The notes under the pieces are model-generated. The model worked only from the letters and a program-made list of their open reading frames with translations. It ran no database searches and was not told the DNA's origin. A stretch of 63,707 nucleotides of DNA, filler included, from Reclinomonas americana ATCC 50394 (lineage: Eukaryota), in the NCBI GenBank assembly GCA_048213135.1. It is 7 parts of 6 records of this genome, joined end to end, with 100 filler letters (N's around TTAATTAATTAA, not from the genome) between each part and the next. Parts side by side here need not be neighbours in the genome. Positions count along the whole stretch, not along the records: positions 51,079 to 56,366 come from PS015651.1; positions 56,467 to 62,037 come from PS015653.1; positions 62,138 to 63,707 come from PS015655.1; 4 more parts are not named here. One strand, given 5' to 3'. Of the stretch, positions 51,250-63,707 are shown piece after piece. The translations under genes were made by a program, and so were the position numbers. The first letter of the stretch is position 1. Every line of letters starts with the position of its first letter.

Positions 51250-54200
51250 ATGTACGACGACGACGGCGACGACGACTACGCCACTGTTGCGTCTCTCTTT
51301 CTCTCTATCCTTCCTCTGTGTGTGAGAGAGTGACTGAGTGACTCTTTGTCGCAGGCTGGTCGCTCGCGCAGTGCTCACGATGACGACTCATCGGCATCCT
51401 CGCCGCATGTGCGTGTCTATGCGAGGATACGCCCGTTCTTGCTAGCTGAGGTGCGTCTCACTGTGTGTGAAAGAGAGAGAAGATGACTGTGATTACGATG
51501 ATGATAGTGATGATGAGGTTGAGCGGTTTGGTTGATCTGTATGTGCTCTTCCCATCCGCAGCTGGAGCGCGGTGACAGCGACTATGCGTGGTCATCGTCG
51601 GAGGAATGCACGCATGTGTTGCCGAACTTGGATTACGTGCGCGCTCCGTCGTACCCGTTTGGTGAGACATATCGATGCTCGTGTTCTCTGTCGCTCTCTC
51701 TCTCTCTGTCGCTCTCACACGCATGCGCACGTCGTTCTCAGACTGCGTGTATGGCGACGAGGACACGAGTGAGGATATGTATGGGCCGACGGTGGAGCCA
51801 CTGGTGGATGCGGTGCTCGATGGCATCAATGGTTGGCGCATCGGTGTGTGTGTGTGTGTGTGTACCGTGGTCATGACTGACACCAACGCACAGGAACGGT
51901 GATGAGCTATGGAGTGACGACGTCGGGGAAGACGCACACGCTGCTTGGCGATGAGCACGATGAGGGCCTGATCGGCTGCCTCGTTCGTGACCTGTTTTAT
52001 AAGATCGACAGGGTGTGTGTTGTGATGCTCGTCACTGTTGTTATCGTCGCTTATATGTCTGTGACAGCTGCCGGGTCGTGAATTCCTCGTGCGCTGCTCG
52101 ATGGTGGATCTGGAGAATGAGAAGACACGCGATTTGTTGGGATCGTCGCCCGAGGTGCGTTTTGCGTGGCACACCGGGTGGATCGTGAGAAAGAGAGACA
52201 GCTCACTCACGACGATGCCAGGTCCCCGTTGCCGATTCGATGGAGATTATTCTGCAATCGGGTTCACACGCACTAGCTGTAATTCGGCGTGCACTGTGTT
52301 GCGTAGTGACACGAAGCGATGCTTTTGGGCGGTTCGTTTACTGATTTCCTCTCGTCTGTGCAGTGCACCGCAGCGTGCTGGACGCGTCGCGCAGTCCTCT
52401 CAGCAACCGCGCCGTGTGTCTGTGCCGCATTGTTGCGTTTCACGCGCTGTGCATCGCTTCACATGCGACTAGTATGTCTCACACGCTCGCTCGCAGACGG
52501 TGGAGAGCAGGGTGCGCGAGTTCGAGTCCGAGTGGTGCGTCGACGCGCTTGCTTGCATACATGGTGGGGAGATTTCTTCAGTTGATCGTGTCATTTTTGT
52601 CCGTTTATCGCAGGCCACAAGAGCCGCATCCAGCGTTTGCGGCATCGCTGGTGAGCCAATGACGGCAGTCAGCATGCTTTCCAAGATTTTCGTGCTGACG
52701 GGTGTGCCTCCGTGTTCGCAGCTGCTGGTCGACATGGCTGGCTCGGAGCGCATTGGAGCATTTGATGCGCGAGAACACGAAGTGGTTCGCTCTGGCACTT
52801 TCGTCAACAAGAGCATGCTGACGCTTCACCGCTGCGTCACTGTTCTCGCCGAAACTCGCAAGTGCGTGAGCAGCGCTGATCCTCTGCTCGAAATGCGTGC
52901 ACACTGATCGCTCCCCGCCTCTGCGCACAGATCGGGAGCACCTGTGCCCTACCGGGAGAGCCGTCTCACTCGCTTCCTGCAGCAATCACTCGGTGGCAAC
53001 TCGAAATTGGTGATCATTTGCTGCGTGACTCCGTGCATCGAACACGCCGAGGAGAGCCAGAGGTGTGCCTTGATCTCTCGCCTGTGAGAATAATCAGTGA
53101 GTTGAGTTGAAATCTCTCATACCTCTTGCCCAGCACCCTTCGCTTCTGCCAGAACATGCGCAAGATTGTGAACTCACCGACGCGCAATGAGGTAAGTCTG
53201 GGCGATGATGAGAGGAGGAAGTACAGGCAGACTCACATCTCCACATTTTTCGCGCAAGCAGACCAACGACGATAGCCAGGCGTTGATCCTGCGTTACAAG
53301 GCAGAGATCCGTCGCCTGCACAACATGCTTGCCCAGCGCGAGCCCACCGAGGTAAGAGGCGTTGCTTTCAGTGACCGTCGTCGTGATTGTGCTCACTCTG
53401 TGCGTGCAGGCTCAGGCTGCACTCATGGCCAGTGAGGTGGACGGATCCCCGAACCGCAAGCTGAGTCTGGCGGAGCTTCGGACGGGCATTGAGAGCAAGC
53501 TGTCACTCCTGCAAACCTCCATCATCTCTGCACAACACAAGAACAGCGCTTCCTTCCGTTGCGTACGCTGTCGAAGGTGATCTTCTACATCCACATGTTT
53601 GTGTCTTCTGACAGTCGTTGCTGTGGCAGGCTCCGGAGCAGGGCTCGGTTTCATGGGCGACGAAGTTCCCTCCATTCAAGTCGCTGTCCAGCACAGCGGT
53701 TTGGTGCGTCCTTGCTGCTGCTGCGGTCCCTCCCACGCGTTCTTGTGTCATGACTGACTTGCACCCGCAGCCGAAGCGATATCCATTCCTGGGAGTGAGT
53801 GCACTGCAGTGCTGCGGCATGATGGAGTCTGTTGCACTTCGTGACTTATCGCCCTCCGTTCTGTGCAGACTGAAAGACACCACACCGCTGCACTCGATGC
53901 GCTGCCGCAGTCGCCGCCCTCCGCCCTCATGCGCCTGGTATGTGGCGGGGAGGAACAGGAAAATGTGTCCGAGTGTGGGGCATTGGTGTGTTCATTTCGC
54001 GTGCGTGGAAACTGCAGGCCACAGAGGTCAATGGCCACGACGGTGAAGACGATGATCATCACCAAGCGTACGGCGAACCGCCTGTACACCGCTCGGCCGT
54101 TGATGTGCCACTGGTCGACATTGCGCAGGCCGGCTTTGATGGTGAACACAAGATGGGGCGCGTGAAGAGCGCTTCGTCCCCTCGACAGGCTGCAATGTCG

Positions 54201-56253
54201 ATGCCGCCGGGAGAGTCGCCCATGAAGCAACACGGTGCAACGGTAGGGGAGCCGGTGGAGGTCGAGCGATTCAGCAGCAGCAGCAGTCACCTTGACGGCC
54301 ATTACGACGATGATGACGATGATGATGACGGCGAGGTGTGTTTGCGTCTGTGAGTGCGAGACTGCCCACGCACGTGGTGTCTCTGATTTGCTGTTGTGTC
54401 GAAAGGACGCGGACTCGGAAGAGTTGGAGGACCTTATGCGGGAGCTCATGGAGCGTGGAGCGCTGGGCCCAGTTCCGCCACCCGTGGACAGCCTGCCCGA
54501 GGTTCTTCGATGACGTGTTGCCTTGCTGAATACGCTACTGTCAGTCGCTCACCGACCTGCAGATTTCTCGCCGTGAGACGAGCTCCGCGTCTGCTGGCGA
54601 CTCGTCCAGTGGCAGCACTCAGCGAGGCGGAGCTACGCACGATTCAGTGCGACCACGTGCCAAGACTACCCCAGCGTTCACTGCCAGCCCAGCGCCTGCA
54701 CCTGCACCCGGGTCACAGGCCTCGTCGGACGGGCCACTCGACCCACTGGAACAGTTGACGAATGTGGTGCGCGAGGCGAAGAAGGAGCGTGACATGCGTA
54801 CTCCGCGGATGATGTCTGCGGCAGACGGCAGCTCGATACCAGTACTGCTGCCGTCGCAACTGCGAACTGTGCTTTCGCATGAGCGGACAGAGGAGAAGTT
54901 GCGAAGCCGAGCGCCACCGTCGGATTCGGACTCGGAGGAGGACGAACCACCGACTCCTGAGCGCCTCGGCAGTCCGCGTGGTGGTGGTGGTGGTGGTGGC
55001 AGCGGCACGCACAGTTCGCCACCGGCGCCTTCACAGCCGAGTCCATCAGCTCACGTCCTCAACAACGCCGGTGCAGAGGCTGCTGCACGTAGCGTGTACG
55101 CAGAGGTGAAGCGCGAACAGGATCTGTCGTCGACAATTGAGATGCTGCGTGATGAGCTGCAGCGCAGCAACGAACGGGCGAACGAGTTGGAGCAGGCTCT
55201 CAACCACAAGGAGGATCTGCTCATCACGGTACGTCTGTACGCAAAAATGTGACGCTTTTTTCGCGCATGTGTGTTGATCTCTGAAGTGTGTGGGTCGCTT
55301 CCCAGCTGCAAGCCAAGGCCGGCAACATTGAGACCGACCTGACCAAGACAAACAAGCACCTGCTGGAGCATATTTCATTCCTCCAGCAAGTGGTGCGTTG
55401 CTGCTGCTGCAACTCGTGTGATGAAGTCGCTGGGCGGGGGAGTTCACAGTGTCCTTGCACAGGTGGTGGAGAAGGAGGACATGATCAAGAAGCTGACCAT
55501 TGAGCATGCGGCCGAACTTGCACGACACGAGGCTGCACACGCACAATTACGTGCCGAGTTGCAGGCGCAAGAGTCGCGGCTGGCCAAGGCGCGTGCCGAC
55601 GAAATGAACACGGCCGAAAAGGTACGACGAGCTTGCGTGCGAATCAGGAAGTGCATAGTGCTGACCGTTGCTTGCAGATGGTGTCAGTACGACAGGAGGC
55701 TGCGTCGCACGAGCAGGTGGCGCGTCGCGAGTTTGAGTTGCAAATCCAGGCACTCAAGTCGGACAACATGCGCAAGGATGCGGTGATTCGCGACCTGCAC
55801 CAAGCCAAGGCTCGCGTGGTATGTCTGCACTCCTCGTCACTCGAGAGATGCGCGCTTAATCAGACTGTTGGATTGCTCCAATAGGCGGAGTTGTCGCACA
55901 CAGTGAGCCAGCGCGACGAGACGATTGCTTCACTCCAACGCACGCTGGACGAACAAAGCCGACAGGCGACAGTGCGCCTCTCGGCTGTGGAATCCGAATC
56001 CGCTCATTGGCGCAAAGTGGCTGAGGATAAGTGCGTCTCCGATTCGCTTGTCGTGCTGTCTTGCGTTGCTTGTTGTCGCTCAACTGTCTTTTCGCACAGA
56101 GTCGGCGAGACTGACGCAGCGCTCGCCAAGACAAAGGCAATGGAGAAGCGCTTTGCCGACTGGACACTCTTTATGCAAGCGCTGTACATTGCGCACACGT
56201 ATCGCGCCCCGAACTCGCCCAAGTTGCGCTTCCCTCACTCCGCGTTTGTATGA
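51250..56253 (+). CDS. Kinesin motor protein, kinesin-7/CENP-E-like, with coiled-coil tail
   Basis: [10 protein letters not shown]-loop [48 protein letters not shown]; neck [13 protein letters not shown]; heptad-rich C-terminus. Confidence 0.9.
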
Positions 56254-56466
56254 GGACCGTGAGAGAGTGACAATGCACTGTGCAGAGCCCGCTCGATACA
56301 GCGTCCTCCTGGGCAAATCAAGTCGCCCACATCGATTCCAGTTGTGTGTGTTTGTGGATTGTTTGCNNNNNNNNNNNNNNNNNNNNNNNNNNNNNNNNNN
56401 NNNNNNNNNNTTAATTAATTAANNNNNNNNNNNNNNNNNNNNNNNNNNNNNNNNNNNNNNNNNNNN

Positions 56467-57103
56467 GCCAGCCGCCCGACAAATGCTCACCAACTCGCGC
56501 TGCTCCTCATGCGACATGACATACCCGGTCGGGTTATGCGGGCAATTGACGACCACCAGTCGCGGAGGAGGATCACTGGCCGCCACCACCTCGCGCAACT
56601 GCTGCAAGTCCAATCGCCATTCAGGCGCGCGCGTCTCCCACCGCGTGACTTGCGCCCCACACGCCTCCGCCACCGCAGTCAGCGACTGGTAGCACGGCCA
56701 GTGCACCACCACGCGATCGCCCGGCACAATGCACGCTCGCACAAAGGCATAGATGGCCTCCTGCGCGCCCACGTGCACCAGCAGGTGCTGCTCGGGGTCG
56801 ATGGTGGTGTAGAGTGTGCGGGCAATGGTCTCGCGGAGGTGGAGATCGCCGGTGGATTCGGCGTAGCCGAGGCGGAGGTCGAGGAAGCGGTCGAGGGTGG
56901 AGGTGGAGGAGGTGGGAGAAGAGGTGGGGGTGAGGGAGAGGAGGTCGCGGATGGAGGTGCTTTCGGCGTCGGAGCAGCAGAGGAGGAGCGGGGTGGTGAA
57001 TTCGTAGCGGGCGAAGAAGCTGGGTGGGTGGTGAGTAAGGGAGGGGAGGGAGGGAGGGAGGGAGGGATGAGGAGGCGAACCGTTCGAGTTTGAAGGGCTC
57101 CAT
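56467..57103 (-). CDS. Class I/II PLP aminotransferase (bacterial-type subfamily), 3'-truncated by a spacer
   Basis: MEPFKLER|FFARYEF..LCCSDAE..LGYAESTGDLHLRETIA..GAQEAIY..PGDRVVVHWPCYQSL..VNCPHNPTG. One GT-AG intron. Confidence 0.85.
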
Positions 57104-57305
57104 GATCGACGACTGATTGGTGTGCAATCAGGGCGGGCGGACATCGAAGCAACAGTGATCCCCAGCAAGCCTCGTGTGGTTTTCTTCTCGACTGGGTCGT
57201 CGATGTTGGGAAAATAAAGACCCCTTTCCAAGTCACATAAACTCTGCCGGCGACGTCGACTTTACAGGCTCAGCATCGTGGTGTCGATGAGTGGCCAGAG
57301 GTCAA

Positions 57306-57339
57306 AAAGGGTCAAGGGTCAAGGGTCAAGGGTTGAGGG
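57306..57339. repeat. Short tandem (AAGGGTC)n, G-tract repeat
   Basis: aagggtcaagggtcaagggtcaagggttgaggg. Confidence 0.7.
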
Positions 57340-57525
57340 CACAGAGCCCACAGGCTTGCCGCTGGGTGTGTGATACCAAGGCCAACAGGCCAATATCCTT
57401 CAAGTCCTTCTCCATGCTGTTGTACACATCGCCAGCAAGGCACTCGCAGTCCGATCTCCACCGCTAAACAATCCACAGCACGACTTCATAAACACCACAT
57501 TACCCAGATTAGCCATCCCTCCCTC

Positions 57526-58406
57526 TCACAACGTCCTCGTGGAGACATCCACAATGGCCGCCCGCCGCTCACTAAACAACCTCCACTGCTCTGTCGCAAA
57601 GAACCGATGCAGCGAGTCGCACGTCAGCGTGCGAATAATCGACACGGAGGCGCGATCAAACGGCGTCAACATCGGAACGTCGGTGTGCCCGAGCACACTC
57701 TCGATGCCTCCCAACTCCTTGGCGTCACCGGCACCGGCCGGACGCGGCAACTGCAGCTCCTCCGTCGACTCTGGCTCGCTGTACAGCTCGTGCAGAAACT
57801 CGGCGGCGCTGGCCGGCAGATTCAACTCGAATTCGCCACCGTGCCGCACAAACGAGTTGTAGAGGCGCCGTCCGTACTGCAGCACTCGCTCGCGCTCCAC
57901 CGGAGAGTGCGGATCGCGCAGGTAGGCCTGGCAGTGCAATCGGTACTTGGGTAGGGCGAGAATGTACTGCAGGTTCTGCGCGATGGAGTGAGTCTCCACC
58001 GGAGGTTGAAGGGGTTAGGTGCACACATACGAACTTCGACGCTGAACTGCACGCGAGAAGGTAGAGTGGGTGAGGCGGGAAATGGCACAGAGGGGGGTGG
58101 GGATAGAGCGACGCAACTTCACGCTCCAGATGTGCGGCAAATAATCTCACAGCCTCGTGACTCTCTGTGAGGCAAGTTAGCGATTTAGTAGGGCGGGAGC
58201 ACTTCAAGCAAAAGTCACTCACGAAGCACGTCGCCGAGACTGGCACCGAGGAGGAGCTCCTCCTGCACGCACAGACGTTGAGGCGCATTCAACACAGGCA
58301 TCTTGCGCGGCACATACACGCGGTAAAACCAGGCAAGTACACTCTCACTCATGGCCTGTCTGCCTGCCACTGCCCATTCGATCCTCACTGCTCACACTGT
58401 CTCCCT

Positions 58407-58451
<45 letters not shown>

Positions 58452-61400
58452 GCATTCACTCACACATTCACTCCCACGCACACACATTCACTCACTAATG
58501 CACTCCCTCACATACACATTCTGTAGTTAAGTCAGACTCTCTTGTCGCACATAGTCGCACATCCACTCCCTCAGGTACTCACTCACTTTCTCGCACTGCA
58601 CTCAGGCACACATTTTCCCATTCAACCACTCACTCACTCTCCCTCTCTCCCTTTCTTCCTCCCTCCCTTCCTCCGTCCCTCTTTCTATCTCATCTACTCA
58701 CCCCCTTTCCCCTCTCTTCCCCTCCTTTCCCGTCCCTGTCCCTCCCCCCTCCTCTATGTCCCCCTCACCCACCTTCATCGGCTCACTCGATGGCGCTCGA
58801 GTAAATCCAAAGCGGCGTGCACGCAGCTCTTTCCACGGCCACATCAACGTCGGCAGGCAGTTGAGGGCGGAGACGGTGAGGAAGGTGAACGTGTAGAGAA
58901 CCAAGAACGCGACAGAGCTGCACGGGCACAAAGTAAGAGGTGGTGATGCAAGTGGATGCAAAGCGTGGTCGTAACTTGGCATTCAGAATTGCGAAATACA
59001 GGCCTACCAGGAACGAGAGATAAGCGACGATCAAAATGCTGGTGAGCCACATGTACAGCTTGAATCCGAGCACTGTAGAGCACAGAGGGAGCAGATGGAT
59101 CAGCAGAGAGAGAGAGAGTAATAGGCAAAGGGCACGCGTCAGCGCAGGGGAACAAGACACAGTCAACAGTCAGTGAAATGAGGTACGACAAGCAAGAAAT
59201 GCAAAACGGAAGACAATCGAGAGAAGAATGGCAAGAAAAAGAGCTGAAGTGGGTGAGCAGTGACACGAATGGCACTTGCCTCAAGAAAAGCAAGAGGAGC
59301 AATAGTCGAAGCAAAGTCAACGAGCTAAGGAAAGAGAGCGACAAAACAATGGACAGCGAAGTTCAAGCGCGAAGATAAAACGAGGCAGACAAGGAAACAG
59401 GAAGAGATAAAGCATGAGAAAGAGAGCTTAATTACGAGGACAACAATGCAGTGAAAAGAGAATCGATAGAAACAAGCAAGAACCGATGACAGAGACCGAA
59501 GAATGTACAGAGTCAAAGCAAAGACAGAGAGCTGAAGAAAGAGAGCTAACAATCGAGAGAATCGAATTGAGAATGCACACAAGAACGAGAACAGAAGAAG
59601 CATGAAACAGAGAGCTGAAGGCGAGAGCGAGAGGATGACGGGCAGTGAATCTTGCGGAAGCGACCAAGCACCGAGGGCAGACAAGAGAATAAGATGCAGA
59701 GACGAAGTGGTAGACAGGGAGCTGAACAGGAATGGATCTGTTCAAGTCACATCGACATGAGAGTGTACGACGAGAGCAAAGAGAAAAAAGGAAATGGAAA
59801 CACAAATAATGTGGGAAAAGAGCAGCACCGAAAGGAAGTAAAAATAGGAAGGTTGACGACACTGTAAAGGAGAAGTGAGGCGAGAAGCACCAAGAGACAC
59901 AGAGTGACATATGCAAACACGTTGTCCTCTCAGCAACGTCTCCCTCGCACTCTCATCCACCCACCATCATCTTTTCTCCACCTGCAAGCAGCGAACTTTA
60001 ATCAGCACAGACAGCAGCAAGAGCAGAAGACAGTGACTGCACGCAACACGAGAAACAGGAACACCGGCGAGCTGAGTGTGCACAACGAGTACGCAGCCAG
60101 CAGTGTCAGGCTGACGCCGTCTACAACTCGTACACACGCCGAGGGCACAAACGTGAGCTGCGCGGATTGTGAGTTCACAACGTCGTACACATTTCTGCAG
60201 CGACACACTTACCGCCAGTGCCAACACTGCGCCGACGCATCCCAGACCAACAATGGTCCACGCCAGTCGCTGGTCGGAAAAGTAACGCAGCCATCGACTT
60301 GCCACGGTATGCTGACTGCGCACCAGCGACGAGCTGCTGATGGAGTTTTCTCTAGTGCGTGGTGAGAGCGCCTCGGTGTCTGCGTGTCCGCCTCCAGCCA
60401 CCTTGCTGCTGATGATTTTACACCGAGCTGTGACACACAGGACGAGTGAGCGATATGGAAGGAAAGTGAAAGAACAATATAAAGTCAAAAGAGTCAGCGA
60501 CCGAGTAAGAGTGAAGCGAGGGTGAGAGTAAGAGACGGACACACACACGGAGAGACACAGCCCGAATGTGCGCGTGCGTGCGTGCGAAAGAGTGAGTGAG
60601 GGAGAGCGAGAACAGAGAGATCGATCGAGTGACGCATAGACACACACGGAGAACGAGGCTGAGAGAACAAGAGGAAAACAACAGAGTCAGCGACCGAGGG
60701 ACAAGAGAGATGCATTCACTCGAAACTATAAAGGGTGAAGAAACGGCGAGACTAGCAGAAGCATACACATAGACACACGCAGAGAGAGAGAGAGAGAAAG
60801 AGACCAACCTTGTGAAAGAAAACAAAGATAGCGAGAGATAGAGAGACTGATGGACAGAAACACACGAATTCATGAAAAGAATGCGAGCACGCACCCTCAG
60901 CTGCCTTGAACATGGCGACGTAGCGGAGGTTCTGCGCGGTCGGGCAGAAGAGAATTGGCGGGAACGCGCAACAAACGAGCCACAATGCCACCTCCTGCAC
61001 CGATACGGTCAGTGTGCACCTCGTGGATGGTGTGAGTGTGCGGCGAGCGCACGCAACACACGGTGGCACAATGTCGACGGAGAGCTCGATGAGAATGCTG
61101 AATGAGATGGCGAGAAGCGAGGCGTTGCCGATGAACAGCACGGCCGATAACCTGACGCCGACGAGCTGGGGGAGGAGAGAAGGGAGGGGAGGGATGAATG
61201 GAGATAGTGAGACACGACAGTGGAGAAAGAGTTCAACGTGAACGCTGGAAGGGGGGGAGGAGAAACAGGGTGAAAAATGATCGTAAAGAACGAGTGCAAG
61301 CAACTGAAGAGAGGATGAAGAGAAGCAAGAATGAGAGCAACGCACAGAGAGACACAGAACGAATGAGGAAATGCTTGAGCGTGAGAGAGAAGGGGGAGGA

Positions 61401-61850
61401 CGAGAAAGGGGCAACGATTGCGACTGAATGTACGCAAGGGATCGGAAGGAGCGAAGAGAGAAACCCCAAAAAGAAAGAGGAGAAGGTGTCAGACAGGAGG
61501 TGAATGAGAGGGTGAAGGATGAGGGCAGGAGAGAGCAACAAAGGAGGGAAAGACAGAGTGTGTTGAATTCGAGACATGACCGAAAATGAAACAGAAGAAG
61601 GCAACTGCAAGCAAGCAGACAGGAGGTGGATGTGAGGATCAAGGATGAGGGAAGGAGGGAGCAAGAAAGGAAAAGAGAGAAAGAGAGAGGGATTGAGAAA
61701 AGCGTCAGAGATGAAATAGTCTGGAGGGTGAGAGGAAAAGGCTGCAACACCAACACGCGGAGAGAGGGAGAGAGAGAGAGAGGGAGGGGGTGAGAGTGTA
61801 AGAGAAGGAGAGTGAGCGAGTGAAAGGGTCGGACCATTCGGTTTCGCTAA
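57526..61850 (-). CDS. Multi-TM protein with a C-terminal RGS domain (7TM-RGS type); 5' end uncertain
   Basis: Hydrophobic exons (IGNASLLAISFSILIELSVDIVPPC; LAWTIVGLGCVGAVLALAVS; LYMWLTSILIVAYLSFLVGLYFAIL) are followed by RGS motifs LFAAHLERE|FSVE, LYNSFVRHGGEFELNL and DSLHRFFATEQW. Confidence 0.7.
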
Positions 61851-62610
61851 TGCAATCACACAATGTGCTCTCTCTCTCTCACACACACAGACACACACAC
61901 AGACACACAAACACATACACACATTCAGCCATGCTTTCACTTCCCTCTCTATATCTTCTTTGTTCTCTTTCTCTCTCTCACACACACTCTCTCCCCGCTC
62001 CCTCCCTTCCTTATTCTTCGCTCTCTCTCTCTCTCTCNNNNNNNNNNNNNNNNNNNNNNNNNNNNNNNNNNNNNNNNNNNNTTAATTAATTAANNNNNNN
62101 NNNNNNNNNNNNNNNNNNNNNNNNNNNNNNNNNNNNNAATTACCTTTCCTATCGCTCGCTTCTGTGCCGTTCGTAGCGTGTCATCTTCTTCCCTCCGCTC
62201 GCACTCACGAGCACTACTCGATCGCACGGAGTACGCTCCTTCCCTTTCGTTCTGCACCTCGTACGTGCTGAGGAGTCTCTCTCTCTCTCTCTCTCTCTCT
62301 CGTTCATTTCTTGCCCAGGGCCTCGTCTGCCCACTCTCATGCAGAAGGACATCCTTCTTCCTTTGCTGGGCTGCTGTCTGCTCGCTCGCTTTTGCATGTG
62401 CTGACGATTCCTCTCTCTCTCGCTCACTCCTGCCTCTTCTCGCACTCGCAGTGAAGGGCGTCCTCATTCCTGCTGGGATTCTGTCTCCTCACTCAGGACT
62501 CCTCTCTTGCCTCTCTCCCATCCTCCACGTCACATCTGCTGCGCTGAGCTTGTTTCGCATCCCATCCCAGCCTAACTCCCATTCCTTCCTCCCCTTTTCC
62601 ATTCTCCCAG

Positions 62611-62943
62611 GCGTGTCCACGGACCTACTCGGCGGACGATTCACGTTCCTGTTCGCCAACACGGGCGCTGCGTTGGTGCTTTCCCTTCCTCTCGTCCTTT
62701 GTTTCCGCGTTGTGAGTACTCACTCTCCCTTCCCCGCCCAGGCCACGTTTCTGTTTGCGGCAGGCTACAATCACCGACTCACGTGGTACTTGTTTGGCTG
62801 GTGCCTCATTTGCTTCCTCAAGACGGGATCGTGGGTTGGTGCGTGTGCATACCGCGTTTATTCATGGAGACCATGTGCTCACCTGTGTATCATCGGCAGG
62901 TCTCATCCGCATCGTGGCGTTCTGGGTGCCGCCAGAGAGACAC
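62611..62943 (+). CDS. MFS transporter fragment (GlpT/SLC37-like)
   Basis: GVSTDLLGGRFTF (MFS motif-A-like), then WYLFGWCLICFLKTGSWV|GLIRIVAFWVPPERH. Flanked by gaps. Confidence 0.55.
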
Positions 62944-63707
62944 GTGCGTATCTTCCTGCCCTCTCTCTGTCTCTCTCCCGTCGCACGAGTGGGGCGTATC
63001 NNNNNNNNNNNNNNNNNNNNNNNNNNNNNNNNNNNNNNNNNNNNNNNNNNNNNNNNNNNNNNNNNNNNNNNNNNNNNNNNNNNNNNNNNNNNNNNNNNNN
63101 NNNNNNNNNNNNNNNNNNNNNNNNNNNNNNNNNNNNNNNNNNNNNNNNNNNNNNNNNNNNNNNNNNNNNNNNNNNNNNNNNNNNNNNNNNNNNNNNNNNN
63201 NNNNNNNNNNNNNNNNNNNNNNNNNNNNNNNNNNNNNNNNNNNNNNNNNNNNNNNNNNNNNNNNNNNNNNNNNNNNNNNNNNNNNNNNNNNNNNNNNNNN
63301 NNNNNNNNNNNNNNNNNNNNNNNNNNNNNNNNNNNNNNNNNNNNNNNNNNNNNNNNNNNNNNNNNNNNNNNNNNNNNNNNNNNNNNNNNNNNNNNNNNNN
63401 NNNNNNNNNNNNNNNNNNNNNNNNNNNNNNNNNNNNNNNNNNNNNNNNNNNNNNNNNNNNNNNNNNNNNNNNNNNNNNNNNNNNNNNNNNNNNNNNNNNN
63501 NNNNNNNNNNNNNNNNNNNNNNNNNNNNNNNNNNNNNNNNNNNNNNNNNNNNNNNNNNNNNNNNNNTGAAGGGGGAGAAAGGGGGAGAAAAGGGGAAAGG
63601 CGGAAGGGGGAAGACCGCAGGGGGAAGACGAAGGGAGAACGGGAAGACAGAAGGCGGAAAGACAGAGGAGCGACAACACCGACATTCACAAGCCAGTCAC
63701 GAAGGCA

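Noticed and set aside
59170..62037. Long hydrophobic minus-strand ORFs such as 60752-61837
   Set aside because: Mostly pyrimidine-rich intron sequence of the 7TM-RGS gene; only short segments look coding.

Overview
Intron-rich eukaryotic genomic DNA, most likely from a flagellated protist. It has many short GT-AG introns and CT/GA/CA microsatellites. Six 100-nt N-TTAATTAATTAA-N spacers and several plain N gaps show a fragmented assembly. Genes were reconstructed by hand-splicing, so boundaries are approximate. Recognisable genes: a WD40 protein, two class I/II PLP aminotransferases, a Cys-rich repeat secreted protein, two tandem MATH-domain genes, a Gag1-like clamp (DUF4050) protein, the gamete fusogen HAP2/GCS1, MUTYH, a DLEC1-like ciliary protein, a zinc-finger/CUB-like large protein, a kinesin-7-like motor, a 7TM-RGS protein and an MFS transporter fragment. 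The main find is a very large multi-exon gene (about 24.7-32.15 kb, possibly starting near 20.8 kb). Its C-terminal part carries the Fanzor/IS607-TnpB-type RuvC signature: DPG, then IVLPPF, then EAHT-T-x-x-C-x-C, then C-x4-C and RDDSSTKNI. This looks like an intron-riddled Fanzor-like RNA-guided nuclease of roughly 1,700 aa or more, with a C-terminal NLS and no adjacent transposase. The link between its DPG half and its E/D half crosses an assembly spacer and is inferred. A recurrent unusual GTTGCG splice donor and a twin-CX3C microprotein missed by the ORF track were also found.
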